A DNA stretch of 64,000 bases from a virus: positions 29,969 through 93,968 of IMG/VR virus record IMGVR_UViG_3300036861_000507. One strand, written 5' to 3'. The notes under the pieces are model-generated. The model was given only the letters and a program-made list of their open reading frames with translations, had not been told where the DNA came from and did no database searches. Below, in pieces: positions 27,345-37,286 of this stretch (positions are counted from its first letter, which is position 1; every line of letters starts with the position of its first letter). Made by a program: the position numbers and the translations under genes.

Positions 27345-28222
27345 CCTGCCGACACCACCGCAAGTTCCGCCACCCCAGCGCCTGCAAATTGTGCCGCGCG
27401 GACACGAGTGACACCATACCGCTCGCACCGTCTGAGCGCGCGAAGATGGAACTCTCCAAGCGTGGACGGATTGCATCGCAATTGCGCTTGGCGCTCGGCG
27501 ACGAAAAGCCGGCGACTCGTGTCACCGCCGAGCCGCCGCCCCAGCCAGCCCATCGCCGGGCCCGGCCGCGGCACCTGGCCCTGGTGCTCGCCCTGCTGCT
27601 CCTGGGCGTGCTGCTGGGCCTGCCGACGCCAGCCTGGGCACAGGTCGAATCCCACCCCGACTGGAAGGCCATCCGGGCACGCCAGGTCGGCAAGTGGGTG
27701 TGGCAGTGCCGGGAATGGCCGGTCGGTTGCGCCTGGGAGTATCGGCGGCGCTGGGTGCGGCGCTACCGGCCTCCGGTCTACAGCTACGTGCGCCGCGATC
27801 GCGACGAGGACGACGTGCCGGAGCGCGCCAACTGCCTGTGGCACCATCCGCTCGTGCGCGCCACGGGCGACGACAAGCTGACCGACAACGACGCCAAGAT
27901 CAGCGCCCAGGATCGATGGTCGATCGAGGTCGAGACGCGCTATGGCACGCGCTACTCGGGCATCGACAATGCCGAGCGCTTGACGACCGCGTGCGTGAAG
28001 AAGGTGCCGACCAGCACGATCGAGAAGGGTCAGGCGGGTTTGGGCATCCGGCATTTCGTGTGCACTGTCGAAGCCGTGCCGTGCCCGCCCGACAAAATCC
28101 ACGAGGATGTAACGAAGCGCCGCTCCGAGAAGATCAGCGAGGATGTGGGGCGGCGCAACGATCCGCGCTGGGACGAGGAGCCGCCGAGGAAGCGCTGGTA
28201 CCAGCGCTACAGGAGGCAGTGA
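27341..28222 (+). CDS. Membrane-anchored/secreted Cys-containing protein
   Basis: Hydrophobic stretch LALVLALLLLGVLLG-PTPAWA. Confidence 0.6.
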   Translation: MTCRHHRKFRHPSACKLCRADTSDTIPLAPSERAKMELSKRGRIASQLRLALGDEKPATRVTAEPPPQPAHRRARPRHLALVLALLLLGVLLGLPTPAWAQVESHPDWKAIRARQVGKWVWQCREWPVGCAWEYRRRWVRRYRPPVYSYVRRDRDEDDVPERANCLWHHPLVRATGDDKLTDNDAKISAQDRWSIEVETRYGTRYSGIDNAERLTTACVKKVPTSTIEKGQAGLGIRHFVCTVEAVPCPPDKIHEDVTKRRSEKISEDVGRRNDPRWDEEPPRKRWYQRYRRQ

Positions 28223-28611
28223 TGAAACCGCTCTCCGCCTACGCCGCCAAGCGCGACGAAGCGCTCTGGCTGCGGGTCTACCGCAGCGATGCCCATGGCA
28301 AGCAAGGCGGGCGCTGCGCCTACTGCCGCTCGCCGATGCGCAAGCCACAGACGACGGCGGATCACGACCGGCCGCGCTCCGGCGGCGGCCTCACCAAGGC
28401 GGAAAACATCAAGGCAGCGTGCGAGCCCTGCAACAACGCCAAGCGCTCGCGCACCGGCAAGGACTTCCGCAAGGCCATCTCGGGCCCACGACCAGATGGA
28501 CCGTACTACGGGATCTGGCGCGCGTGGATGCGGCTGCGGCTCAGCAAGCGCATCGAGCAGGCCGAGCGGCGCATCTTGGGCGTCGTGGGGCTGAAGGAGG
28601 CCAACCCATGA
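28222..28611 (+). CDS. HNH endonuclease
   Basis: CAYC..TADH..PRS.GG..N..ACEPCN..K. Confidence 0.82.
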   Translation: MKPLSAYAAKRDEALWLRVYRSDAHGKQGGRCAYCRSPMRKPQTTADHDRPRSGGGLTKAENIKAACEPCNNAKRSRTGKDFRKAISGPRPDGPYYGIWRAWMRLRLSKRIEQAERRILGVVGLKEANP

Positions 28612-28877
28612 GCGATGTAGCACCGAGACCGGCAATGTTCGTTGATGGAGAGCCGTGGTGGCATTTCCTCTACAGCTACGATTGGGAAGGCAAGACCTAC
28701 GTCTTCGCAATCTGTGCGCGCTCCAGCGAAGAGGCGAATGCGCGATTGAAGCGGCTTCCGCTCGCCCGCTTCGATGGGCAGGCAGACGGCAATCCCATCC
28801 CCGCAAACGCTGCCACCGGCATCTACGTTCGTGCGCTCATCTGGTGGAGAAATTGGCGGAATGGGGGCGGGGTGTGA
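28608..28877 (+). CDS. Hypothetical protein
   Basis: Coupled ORF. Confidence 0.6.
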   Translation: MSDVAPRPAMFVDGEPWWHFLYSYDWEGKTYVFAICARSSEEANARLKRLPLARFDGQADGNPIPANAATGIYVRALIWWRNWRNGGGV

Positions 28878-29089
28878 TGTACGTCGAGCCGTCGCCGCAT
28901 ATGAAGCGCCGCGCACTGGAGCAAGTTCGCACTGCCGGCCGCGACGGTCTGCTCGTCGATATAGGCTGGGAGAGCCGAACGCAGATGCACCTCGTCGCGG
29001 ACGGTTTGCTGTGGCAGTCGGTGGCGCGCGGCGGCAAGTACAAGTTCGAGCTTACACCGCTAGGTCGGCGTGCATTGGAGCAAAACTGA
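28877..29089 (+). CDS. Small wHTH-like protein
   Basis: LVADGL..ELTPLGR. Confidence 0.5.
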   Translation: MYVEPSPHMKRRALEQVRTAGRDGLLVDIGWESRTQMHLVADGLLWQSVARGGKYKFELTPLGRRALEQN

Positions 29090-29219
29090 TGGGAGTGTGA
29101 CTCGCCCGTCCTTGCACTGAGAGAGTCCGCCGAGTAAACGCTTACGGTTTGTAACCAGTTGCGTCGCCCGAGTTGAAACGGTCCGCGCTGTTCAGCGCAT
29201 CACCTTGGAGACGCATCGC

Positions 29220-29930
29220 ATGAAACTCAAACACCTCTTCGCTCCCATCCTGGCGCTCGGTCTGTGCGCGGGGATCACCTCGGTTCAGGCCGAAACCATC
29301 CGCAACCGTACGCCCGCCACTGCCAACGTGTTCGCCGACGCGCCTGTCGCCAAGGTCAGTTGGACCGGAGTCTACGTGGGCCTGCACGGCGGCTACGGCG
29401 CCGCCAACGGCGAACTGAGCTTTGGGCCCGCCACCATCGACGGCTTCTCCGCCACCGGTCCGGCCGGCGGCATCCATGTCGGCGCCGACGTGCAGATTCC
29501 CGGCTCCATGCTGGTCCTGGGCGCGCGCGGCGGCTACACCTGGGAGAACACCGAGTTCACCATCACCGCGCCCGGCGGCGCCTTCAAGGCCGGCATCGAT
29601 CGCGGCTGGAACGCGGACGGCCGCATGGGTCTCGCGATGGGGACTGCCCTGCCCTACATTTTTGGGGGCTACACCAAGGTCGAGACCTCGGCCTCGCTGA
29701 CGGGAGCGCCGGCCATCAGCACGCCAGACCTCAAGGGCTGGCGCGCCGGCGGCGGCGTCGAGTTCCGCCTGCCCAAGGTGGCCTCCGGCCCGGTCACGCC
29801 GACGCTCGCCCTCGAGTACATCTGGACCGATTTCAGCGACGTGACGCTGGGCACGGGTCCGTTTGCGCCCAACCTCAACGTCACCGAGCAGGTCGGCATG
29901 GTCAGGCTAAACCTGCGGTTCGGGCAGTAA
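29220..29930 (+). CDS. Omp25/Omp31/RopB-family outer-membrane beta-barrel
   Basis: Signal peptide, SWTGVYVGLHGGYG, GW.AGGGVE, LEY, C-terminal LNLRF. Confidence 0.88.
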   Translation: MKLKHLFAPILALGLCAGITSVQAETIRNRTPATANVFADAPVAKVSWTGVYVGLHGGYGAANGELSFGPATIDGFSATGPAGGIHVGADVQIPGSMLVLGARGGYTWENTEFTITAPGGAFKAGIDRGWNADGRMGLAMGTALPYIFGGYTKVETSASLTGAPAISTPDLKGWRAGGGVEFRLPKVASGPVTPTLALEYIWTDFSDVTLGTGPFAPNLNVTEQVGMVRLNLRFGQ

Positions 29931-29935
29931 GCAAT

Positions 29936-29978
29936 CCCCCCTCACCCCAGCCCTCTCCCCCTCGAGGGGGAGAGGGGG
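29936..29978. repeat. REP-like palindrome CCCTCACCCCAGCCCTCTCCCC..GGGGAGAGGG
   Basis: Hairpin CCCTCTCCCCC-TCGA-GGGGGAGAGGG preceded by CCCTCACCCC. Confidence 0.65.
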
Positions 29979-29999
29979 AACGCAACAGGAGACGCACGC

Positions 30000-30578
30000 A
30001 TGCTGGAACATCTAACGCCTGAGCAGAAGCTCCGAATGCACTGCCTCGCCATGGCCGTGCACTGCAACGAGGAGGTGACCGGCGAGATGCCGTTCATCAT
30101 CGGCGACGCGGCAAGCGCCTACGATTTTGTCATGCAAGGCGCAACGAAGCCCGCCAGCGAGGTCGCGCCCATCGGGGACACGATGGCCAAGATCGCCGAC
30201 GCGGTGCTGCCGGCGGGGATCGCGCCGCTCAGCGACCCGTACACCGCGCGCGATCTGGCGCTGCCCAAGAGCAACGTCTTCAGGATGGCCGACCCCGGTG
30301 AGAGCCAGTTCTTGGGCGACCCCAAACCCAGCCCCGCCACCGACCCGGAGCCGACCCCAGAGCGCAAGCCGCGCGGACCCAGCAAGGCCGCACTGGCGAA
30401 GGCTGCCAAGGAAGCCAAGAAGGCCGAGCGTGCCAAGCGCAAGGCCGAGAAGGCGGCAACCAAGGACAGCGATACGGCAACGGTTTCCGAAGGGGAAAAA
30501 GACGCCCCCGTTGCCAACGGAGCCGGGGAGCACACGTCGCCCATGCCGGTGGACGAACCGCAGCCGGTCGCGGCGTAA
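30000..30578 (+). CDS. Hypothetical protein with K/A-rich segment
   Basis: AGGAG RBS. Confidence 0.6.
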   Translation: MLEHLTPEQKLRMHCLAMAVHCNEEVTGEMPFIIGDAASAYDFVMQGATKPASEVAPIGDTMAKIADAVLPAGIAPLSDPYTARDLALPKSNVFRMADPGESQFLGDPKPSPATDPEPTPERKPRGPSKAALAKAAKEAKKAERAKRKAEKAATKDSDTATVSEGEKDAPVANGAGEHTSPMPVDEPQPVAA

Positions 30579-30590
30579 CGGGAGCACCAC

Positions 30591-31121
30591 GTGCAGAACA
30601 AGCGACAAGGCGAGCAGATGAAGCGGGCACGGTATCCGCGGCTGCTCGCCTTGCGTGCTGCTCGAGCGCAGCGGGAGGCGGTCATTCGCGAACCGCTGGA
30701 GCGGGAACTGCAAACCGCCGCGAGCATGATCCGCGAGCTCGGACACCAGTTGGATCAGTTGCGACGGTTCTTGGGGACCGAGATCAGCAAGCACGTCACG
30801 AAGCCGATCGGGCACGCGACCGGCAATGCGCTCCGGCGGGAGATCGTGCGAGCACTCTCCGCCGCAGGACGCAAAGTCGAGGGTGACGACTTGGTGCGGA
30901 TGGAGTTCTCGGCTGCCGAACTGCGGTGGGCTGACCCGGATTCGGTGGAGCGCCGCGTCCTCGAGGATTGGAAGGCGCGCAGCGCCCCACATCTGCGGGT
31001 CACGTTCCCGAAAACCGGAGAACTCATGAAGGCATCCGACGTGACGGCGGTGCTCGACGTGCGCGTCCCCGAACTTGGCTATCGCCAGTACATCAACAAC
31101 CACGCACTGGAGCGGGTGTGA
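30591..31121 (+). CDS. Hypothetical protein
   Basis: ORF in operon. Confidence 0.6.
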   Translation: MQNKRQGEQMKRARYPRLLALRAARAQREAVIREPLERELQTAASMIRELGHQLDQLRRFLGTEISKHVTKPIGHATGNALRREIVRALSAAGRKVEGDDLVRMEFSAAELRWADPDSVERRVLEDWKARSAPHLRVTFPKTGELMKASDVTAVLDVRVPELGYRQYINNHALERV

Positions 31122-31122
31122 C

Positions 31123-31302
31123 ATGGCGGACCATCAAATGATCGACGACGCCTTCAGGGTCCGCCCTCCCTACGGAGCGATGCTCGCCGTCACCCTCGGT
31201 CTCGTATTGGGGCTGAGCACGGCCTGGCTGGTCTACGACTTCGTATCGGGCGGAGTAGTCGACTGGGGGCGGCAGATGGCGCAAGTCGCGAAGGTGAGGT
31301 GA
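31123..31302 (+). CDS. Small membrane protein
   Basis: One TM segment. Confidence 0.5.
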   Translation: MADHQMIDDAFRVRPPYGAMLAVTLGLVLGLSTAWLVYDFVSGGVVDWGRQMAQVAKVR

Positions 31303-31309
31303 GGCCACG

Positions 31310-31627
31310 ATGACGACCCCCGCCACCTGCTGCCAGGACTGCGACCGCCCCTACGGGGCCGAGCACGGGTTCCCTGATCTCATCATCCCGTTCGACGTGT
31401 GGAAGCGCATCTCGCCGAGCGGCGACGAAGGTGGCCTGCTCTGCCCGTCGTGCATCTGCGCACGCCTACACAAGGCTGGCATCCGCTGCGAGGGCGCCTT
31501 CATGTCGGGGCCGATTGAGAGCGTGTCCTACCACACCATGGATGCGCTACGCCGCATCGAGAACATCGAGCTTGCCATCAAGGGCCGGAACAACGCGTGG
31601 GGCGGAGTGAGGGAGATGGTGGAATGA
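31310..31627 (+). CDS. Zinc-binding hypothetical protein
   Basis: CQDC..W..LLCPSC. Confidence 0.6.
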   Translation: MTTPATCCQDCDRPYGAEHGFPDLIIPFDVWKRISPSGDEGGLLCPSCICARLHKAGIRCEGAFMSGPIESVSYHTMDALRRIENIELAIKGRNNAWGGVREMVE

Positions 31628-31980
31628 GCCGGCTAGACAAGGTCACCCGCGTCGAGGTCATTGAGAAGGGCAGCGGCCGGGTGTACGTGCGCTACGGGGT
31701 GGAGAAATTGGAGTTGAGCGAGCAGGACGAGGGGCGGACGCTGAAGGTGTTCGTGGAGGCGCGGCTGGCAAGGCGGGCGAAGACGCACATGGTGAAGGGC
31801 ATGACCCCGGGCGACAGAGCGGCACGCCGGGCAGCTTCGCAGATCGGGAAGCCCATCACCGGCACCTGGACCAAGCGGGACGACAAGACGGCCAAGTTCA
31901 TGGACGTGAAGGCGGACCCCAAGCCGTTCAGGGGCGTGCGCAAGGGGAAGGGAGTCGTGTCACGACCACGATCGCGGTGA
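31624..31980 (+). CDS. Hypothetical protein with WTKRD..FMDVK..KPF.GVRK motif
   Basis: Basic C-terminal motif recalled from small alphaproteobacterial proteins. Confidence 0.55.
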   Translation: MSRLDKVTRVEVIEKGSGRVYVRYGVEKLELSEQDEGRTLKVFVEARLARRAKTHMVKGMTPGDRAARRAASQIGKPITGTWTKRDDKTAKFMDVKADPKPFRGVRKGKGVVSRPRSR

Positions 31981-32504
31981 CCAAGCACGAGATCGCAGCC
32001 GATGGGCTGGTCCAGGAGGACGGCATCGTCATGGAGCGCAACGGGCGCAAGATCATCGTCGAGGATCGGGTGATCTATGCGCTCGCCGGCACGACCGCCT
32101 GCCTTGCGCCGCTGATCGCCTGGCACAAAGCCGGCGCCGATGCGGACAAGCTGCCGAAGTTCGGCGACTGCCACTGGGCTCTGCTCGTCATCAAAGGGGG
32201 CCAAGCGCCCGTCGTCTACAGCCACCAGCTCCCCCATCCGGAGGAGCAGCGCTATCCGTTCGCGATGGGCAGCGGAAGGCTTCTGGCACGCTCTGCCATG
32301 CTGCTCGGCAAGACGGCGCGGCAGGCCGTAGAGTTCGCATGCGCCAATGATGTGCACTCGGGAGGTGACATCCTGGAGGTGAACATCCCCAAGGCGCTCG
32401 GCCTCTCGCAGCCCGGCGACGTGCCGGCGCAGAGCTATGTCCCGCATCCGGAAAAGCCCGGCAAATTCATCGTGCGGCAGACGAAGCGGGAGCGGGCGGC
32501 GTGA
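31962..32504 (+). CDS. HslV/proteasome-like Ntn hydrolase (start codon reads ACG)
   Basis: (M)TTIAVTKHEIAADG..RKI..AG..AMGSG..A..AM..G..A.QAV..A...D..SGG. Confidence 0.78.
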   Translation, partial: TTTIAVTKHEIAADGLVQEDGIVMERNGRKIIVEDRVIYALAGTTACLAPLIAWHKAGADADKLPKFGDCHWALLVIKGGQAPVVYSHQLPHPEEQRYPFAMGSGRLLARSAMLLGKTARQAVEFACANDVHSGGDILEVNIPKALGLSQPGDVPAQSYVPHPEKPGKFIVRQTKRERAA

Positions 32505-32737
32505 TCGTCGACACGGCCACGGAGGCGGGCCACATGCGCGGACTGAGCATTACATTGGCGGGAGCCGCAGCGGCGATCGCGATCGTCGGACGCACGTATC
32601 ACATCGTCTGGCATCCAGAGTGGACAGAGCCTCAAGCACTGACGGAGCTGTGGATGGTGTGGACGCTCACGGTGTCGTGTGCTATCGCCGCGGTCGCCGC
32701 GTCGGCGATTGGTGGCCAGCGCTCGCACCTCTCCTGA
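32501..32737 (+). CDS. Small membrane protein
   Basis: Two TM segments. Confidence 0.55.
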   Translation: MIVDTATEAGHMRGLSITLAGAAAAIAIVGRTYHIVWHPEWTEPQALTELWMVWTLTVSCAIAAVAASAIGGQRSHLS

Positions 32738-32758
32738 ACCCCTCCACCTTAGGACTGC

Positions 32759-33574
32759 ATGCCCTCCCCGCCCGATTCCCGACCCAAGCTCGCGGCCCCT
32801 CCCAAGGCCCAGCAGGTGCATGCCAAGAAGAAGAGCGGCGGCCTGCTCGGGTCGCTCCCGGGGTTGATGGGGGGGCGCAAGAAGAAGGGCAAGCGGGAAG
32901 CCTCCCCGCCGGTCCGCACCGCCACCACATCGGCAACCCCGACCACCGAGCGCAAGTACAAGGAGCCCTACGGGTGGCTGACGCAAGAGCACGTCGGCGG
33001 CCAGGTTGGATACCGGCCCAAGGTGTTCGTGGACGTGTTCGATCATCACTTCGACGACGAGGACCGGGAATCGATCGCACTGCTGTTGGCGGCCTGGGAA
33101 CTCGCCACGCGGGTCCGGGTGACCTCGGATCGGGCCTACACCGGCAAGCCGTTCACGGGCGGTGTCATCGATGTCGAGAGCGCGAAGGGGCCGACGCGCA
33201 TCGGCCAGCGCCTGCTCACGGAGAAGAACCAGCAGGACCTGGAGATCTTCGCGCATGCCTACCAGCTGCTGGTCGCGGACTCCGCCGAATTCTGGGAGCC
33301 ACTGAAGGCGCACGTGCTGCGCATCCCCGACGAGCGTACCGGCCGCCTCCCGACGATCGCCGATCTGGGGGCCGCGGTGACCGACTACAAGCTCGGGACC
33401 GACAACGCGACGGCCTCGGGGTTGGGCTTCATGAAGGCCTGCATCAAGAGATGGCGGGAGTGCGTGCAGGGCGCGCACCGCATCGTCGGCTACAAGCGAC
33501 GCCAACGACAAGAGCAGATGGCCAAGGCTGTCACACAGCACGCCATGCGTGAGCAGGCGAAGCGGAGAGCTTGA
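32759..33574 (+). CDS. Hypothetical protein ending the rightward operon
   Basis: High-GC codon usage; position where late regulators often lie. Confidence 0.65.
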   Translation: MPSPPDSRPKLAAPPKAQQVHAKKKSGGLLGSLPGLMGGRKKKGKREASPPVRTATTSATPTTERKYKEPYGWLTQEHVGGQVGYRPKVFVDVFDHHFDDEDRESIALLLAAWELATRVRVTSDRAYTGKPFTGGVIDVESAKGPTRIGQRLLTEKNQQDLEIFAHAYQLLVADSAEFWEPLKAHVLRIPDERTGRLPTIADLGAAVTDYKLGTDNATASGLGFMKACIKRWRECVQGAHRIVGYKRRQRQEQMAKAVTQHAMREQAKRRA

Positions 33575-33579
33575 CGCTC

Positions 33580-33804
33580 CTATCTTGCTGCTTTCTCACG
33601 GCGCCAAACCGCGACCGTGACCCAGATTGCGACTGATGCCGTTCCGATAATCATGCTCGCCGCCCCGACGTAGTGTATGAGCGTTGCCGGCACGTCGATC
33701 GGGTCAACCAGGAACCAAAACGCGGCACCGACCACGACGAGAAACAAGCCAGACAATCCGACGCGGATCGGTCCTATCTGTTCGCTGAAGGGCTCGCGCT
33801 CCAT
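33580..33804 (-). CDS. Small membrane protein
   Basis: Two TM segments, AGGAG RBS. Confidence 0.6.
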   Translation of the reverse strand: MEREPFSEQIGPIRVGLSGLFLVVVGAAFWFLVDPIDVPATLIHYVGAASMIIGTASVAIWVTVAVWRREKAAR

Positions 33805-33811
33805 GATGCTC

Positions 33812-34192
33812 CTATCGTTCTGTCGATTTGCGCAAATCTTCCACCGAAGCCATGTCCCGCAAGTGGTCCTCGATGAGTGCTGCTATCCTGCGGTAGCCAG
33901 TCATCCAGTGCTGGCACGCGACGCCGCCAACCGCATACGGGCACGCGGTCTCCACCTCGCCGAGCTCGGCGGCTCGTTCGCCCATCTTCTGCCACTTGAT
34001 GACCGAGCCCACGCGCACCTCCCTATCGGAATTGACCGTCGCAGAGATAGCGATGCGCAGCAGCCATCTTGAAAGCGTACCGCCATCGCATCGGTCCTGC
34101 GCCATGCCGCTTGCGGCGAACGATCCACAGCGCTCGCGCCCACATCTTCCAGCCGTAGAGCCATCGCCAGGCGTGCACGTGCTGCTCCTCAA
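33812..34192 (-). CDS. Protein with Rmf/CrpP-like motif
   Basis: G..A......CPY.......W..GY. Confidence 0.45.
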   Translation of the reverse strand: MRSSTCTPGDGSTAGRCGRERCGSFAASGMAQDRCDGGTLSRWLLRIAISATVNSDREVRVGSVIKWQKMGERAAELGEVETACPYAVGGVACQHWMTGYRRIAALIEDHLRDMASVEDLRKSTER

Positions 34193-35210
34193 TTTCTCTC
34201 GCGAATGCGGCGCCTAAGCCGTCGCGCGGCCTCTGTCTTCTCGACGATCAGATCGCCAATATCTGCGTGCGGCTGGTTGGCCTCAGCGATCCGCAGCGCC
34301 TCTAACTGCGCCAACGTCGCCTCAAGCTCCGCCGCGAGTTTCGCCTTCTTCTGCAACCTCACAGAGGTACGCATCGTCTCTCCTATCTTATCAGGGGTCG
34401 CCAGCGAACACGTCGTTGGCGCCAGCTTCGATTTCATCTCCATCGCGCTCAGTCATCTCGTTGCGAAGACGCTCAAGGAGAGCATGCGTTGTGTTTGGAA
34501 CGGGCGTCGGGAACTTGGCTTCCACATACTCGCCCCAGCTTACAAGCTGGCGCACTTCGTCATCACTTAGCTCGAACATCGCGTCGCTCCTCATTTCCGC
34601 ACTTCGATGACGCGCGTTGATTGACCGTCAAGCATCGCCCGCTTGCGCTCCGCATCGGCCGACAATCGGTCCGCGAAGCACGTGGCGTAGCTCTGGCTTT
34701 TCATCCACCCAGCGACACGATGCCACCAGCGCTGCGGATATTGGTCGTCTTCCGGCCACTCAATTACGAAGGGCATCGCGCGCTCCTCATTTTCTGTCCC
34801 GCGTCTCGTCGCTGTGCCCATTCAGCGGCTGCCTTGAGCATGGCGGGCGCGAGTCCTTGGAATTTGTCGGCCACCACGTAGAGCATCGACGACACGATGA
34901 TGCCGTCCACCTCCAGCAGCAACATCTTGGCGGCGTCGTCTCTGAGCCATCGCACTTCTATCGGCATGCGGGTCTCCTATCTTTTCGTTGCAAACTTGCG
35001 CACGGCCTCGCGCGCCAGCATTCCGGTATCTGTACGGATTGATCCAAACGGCTCACCCTCGCTCCGGTTGTACCGATCTTCGTCGGCGACGTAGGCAGCC
35101 AGTAGATCGGACACGACGCGCAACAGGTCGCGAGCCGCTGGCGGGCACGATGTCCACACTCCATCTTGGAGAACTTCCAGCGTTCCAGTCTCTGTGAACC
35201 TGTGCCGCAA
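34189..35210 (-). CDS. Cluster of five small hypothetical ORFs (34189-34443, 34391-34594, 34591-34821, 34764-34967, 34977-35210)
   Basis: Consecutive leftward ORFs with GGAG RBSs; exact starts uncertain. Confidence 0.5.
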
Positions 35211-35220
35211 GCTGTCTCTC

Positions 35221-35658
35221 CTATGCTGTCGCTAGCGGTTCACGGACGATCTGCGCGTCGATCCACTGGCGCACGCGGGCGAACCGCGCCTCAGGCGTCT
35301 CGCGCGAATAGTCGTCGTTGACATCGGCGATCTCGCAAGCCATCGCGCGAGCGATCCCGAAGGCGCCTGCCACGCTCTCAGACTCATACGGATCAAGGCG
35401 GCTCATATCGAGACCGCGCGCACGCCCGACAGCTCCAAGCATGCAGACATCGCGTCGCGGTCGGAATGGCATGCCGGTGGCCTCGGCTTCTAGGTCATCA
35501 CGGATCAGCCGCTTTTCGGGTAGCGCATCGAGCGCCGCCAGCGCCTCTCTCAAGAATGCTTGGCCGCGCTTGCCCTTGAGGGCATTCCGCACAGCGCTGC
35601 GCCACCTGCCCATCGCCAGCACGTCGTCGCAGTCGTCGGTGTAGCCTGATCGGCTCAT
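35221..35658 (-). CDS. Conserved phage protein
   Basis: MSRSGYTDD..GRW...V..A.KGKRGQAFL..ALDALPEKRLI. Confidence 0.75.
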   Translation of the reverse strand: MSRSGYTDDCDDVLAMGRWRSAVRNALKGKRGQAFLREALAALDALPEKRLIRDDLEAEATGMPFRPRRDVCMLGAVGRARGLDMSRLDPYESESVAGAFGIARAMACEIADVNDDYSRETPEARFARVRQWIDAQIVREPLATA

Positions 35659-35670
35659 GTGGCCCGCTCC

Positions 35671-36012
35671 TCAATTGTTCAGCTTCAGACCGACAACCGC
35701 GCGCATCGCGGGCGACAGCTCTTTCGCAATCGACTGCCCCGAGGCGGACTTGGCCCACTCGTCGCTTTCGTCTGCGGTCGCATCGAAGTCGCCATTTGCG
35801 ACGCGGTCGGCGAGAGTGTGCAACCCGTACTGGCGGCACAGCCGATGCAGCTCGGTGATCGGACAGGCGTGCGTGTCGGCGTAGTCGGTGAACTCCCCAA
35901 GGGCCGCGCGATCCGCGAGCTTGTGATGCCTGGGCTCCGTCGCAGCTTCGTTGATCGCGGCGGCTTGTCTCTCGGCGGCTGCCTTTGTGGCTGGACCCCA
36001 TTCAAGACTCAT
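35671..36012 (-). CDS. Hypothetical protein
   Basis: GGAG RBS, repeated LADR..GEF/GDF. Confidence 0.6.
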   Translation of the reverse strand: MSLEWGPATKAAAERQAAAINEAATEPRHHKLADRAALGEFTDYADTHACPITELHRLCRQYGLHTLADRVANGDFDATADESDEWAKSASGQSIAKELSPAMRAVVGLKLNN

Positions 36013-36293
36013 GTCCGGTCTCCCGGTGTTGGTATGCGCCAATCGAAACGGTTCTTGGTGCCTTCCACCTGTACCGTCGTGTGTTGCACGAGGCGAAGAT
36101 GGAGGCGTCCAGATGCCAGCAAGCGAATGCGGTCCGCCCACCCGAAATGCAGGCGGCTTTCAGTGCACATCCAGCCCTGCATGCCGTCGATACCTTCCGG
36201 CTCGGCGCCGAGATGATACCGAAATCCGAGCCAGCGCCATGCGCGCTCACTCAGCGTCGGTACGTGGTACATCGCCCCATTTTCAACGGCCAT
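36009..36293 (-). CDS. Hypothetical protein
   Basis: Coupled ORF. Confidence 0.55.
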   Translation of the reverse strand: MAVENGAMYHVPTLSERAWRWLGFRYHLGAEPEGIDGMQGWMCTESRLHFGWADRIRLLASGRLHLRLVQHTTVQVEGTKNRFDWRIPTPGDRT

Positions 36294-36490
36294 TCTCTGC
36301 TCCTATTCTGCTGACGGTTTTTGCAAACCCCACAACACTGCGGCTTTGATCAGACCACCCATGCCGCTCAAGATCATTCCTGCAGCAACCCACCAGTTGG
36401 GCGCAGCTCCGAGCAGCGCAAAAACGCCAGCAGCGCAGCACCAATTTGCGCACAGCAGCAGGTGAACTCGCTCGCTCATGCTGCGCCTCG

Positions 36491-36784
36491 TCAGTTGTTG
36501 GGTTCATTTTCGCAAATGCAGTCCTGCGCAGGCTTGCCGCACAGGTCACACTCGATCACAAACGGCTTGCGAACCGAGTGGCGCACCGCCGGGCCTTCCG
36601 CGTTCCGTCGCGCCTTCTTCAGCGCGTTGATGACCATGGTCGCTACGCCGCGGCACTTTCCTTGCTCTTCCTTAGAACAGTCCTCTGGCCAGCGCATCTT
36701 TGGGAGGAAGTCGGGGTTCCAATCCACGAGCATATGACGCGCGAGGATTTCTGCCACCGCCTCGACCTCCATCTTCGCCGTCAC
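36491..36784 (-). CDS. Hypothetical protein with C-terminal Cys cluster
   Basis: AGGAG RBS; CDLCG..CIC. Confidence 0.5.
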   Translation of the reverse strand: MTAKMEVEAVAEILARHMLVDWNPDFLPKMRWPEDCSKEEQGKCRGVATMVINALKKARRNAEGPAVRHSVRKPFVIECDLCGKPAQDCICENEPNN

Positions 36785-36986
36785 GATGCCGCTCCTTTAT
36801 TTCAAGCCGTCTTTGGCGTGCTCGCCGTAGGATGCGCCGCACTTCTGGCAACACCAGAACTTGCCGCGCATGACCAAGACTGGTCGACGCGGGGTAGGCG
36901 ACCTGGGGGACCAGCTTTGGCATTCGGGCTTTAGGCATACGCCAGTCGGCACTAGCGCTTGGTCTTCGCAGCTCACCACCATGCTC

Positions 36987-37271
36987 CTATTCTGGGCGAT
37001 GTTGTTTGCGCCAATCGAACATGGCGAGGCTGCAGTCCATCGCTTCGCCAGCCTTCGCCACATCGGGCGTCAGCGTGTAGCGGGAACTGTGCTTCGTGAC
37101 CATGTCGCAGAAAACGGCGTGTGCTGCTTCGATGTCGCCATAGCGCAGCTTCGACCAGACCGAGACGAGATGCCCAGCAAGTGGATCGCGCGCGAGCAAC
37201 GTGAACATCGGCTCGTCCGGCTCAGCGCTCGCGTAGCAGTCGAATGATCCGGGCTTGTTCTTCGTTCCCAC
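36987..37271 (-). CDS. Conserved phage protein
   Basis: MGTKNKPGSFDCY..AEPDEPMF.LLARDP.A. Confidence 0.7.
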   Translation of the reverse strand: MGTKNKPGSFDCYASAEPDEPMFTLLARDPLAGHLVSVWSKLRYGDIEAAHAVFCDMVTKHSSRYTLTPDVAKAGEAMDCSLAMFDWRKQHRPE

Positions 37272-37286
37272 GTCCAGCCTCCTGTC

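Noticed and set aside
29133-29156. CtrA box upstream of porin
   Set aside because: Does not fit TTAA-N7-TTAA spacing
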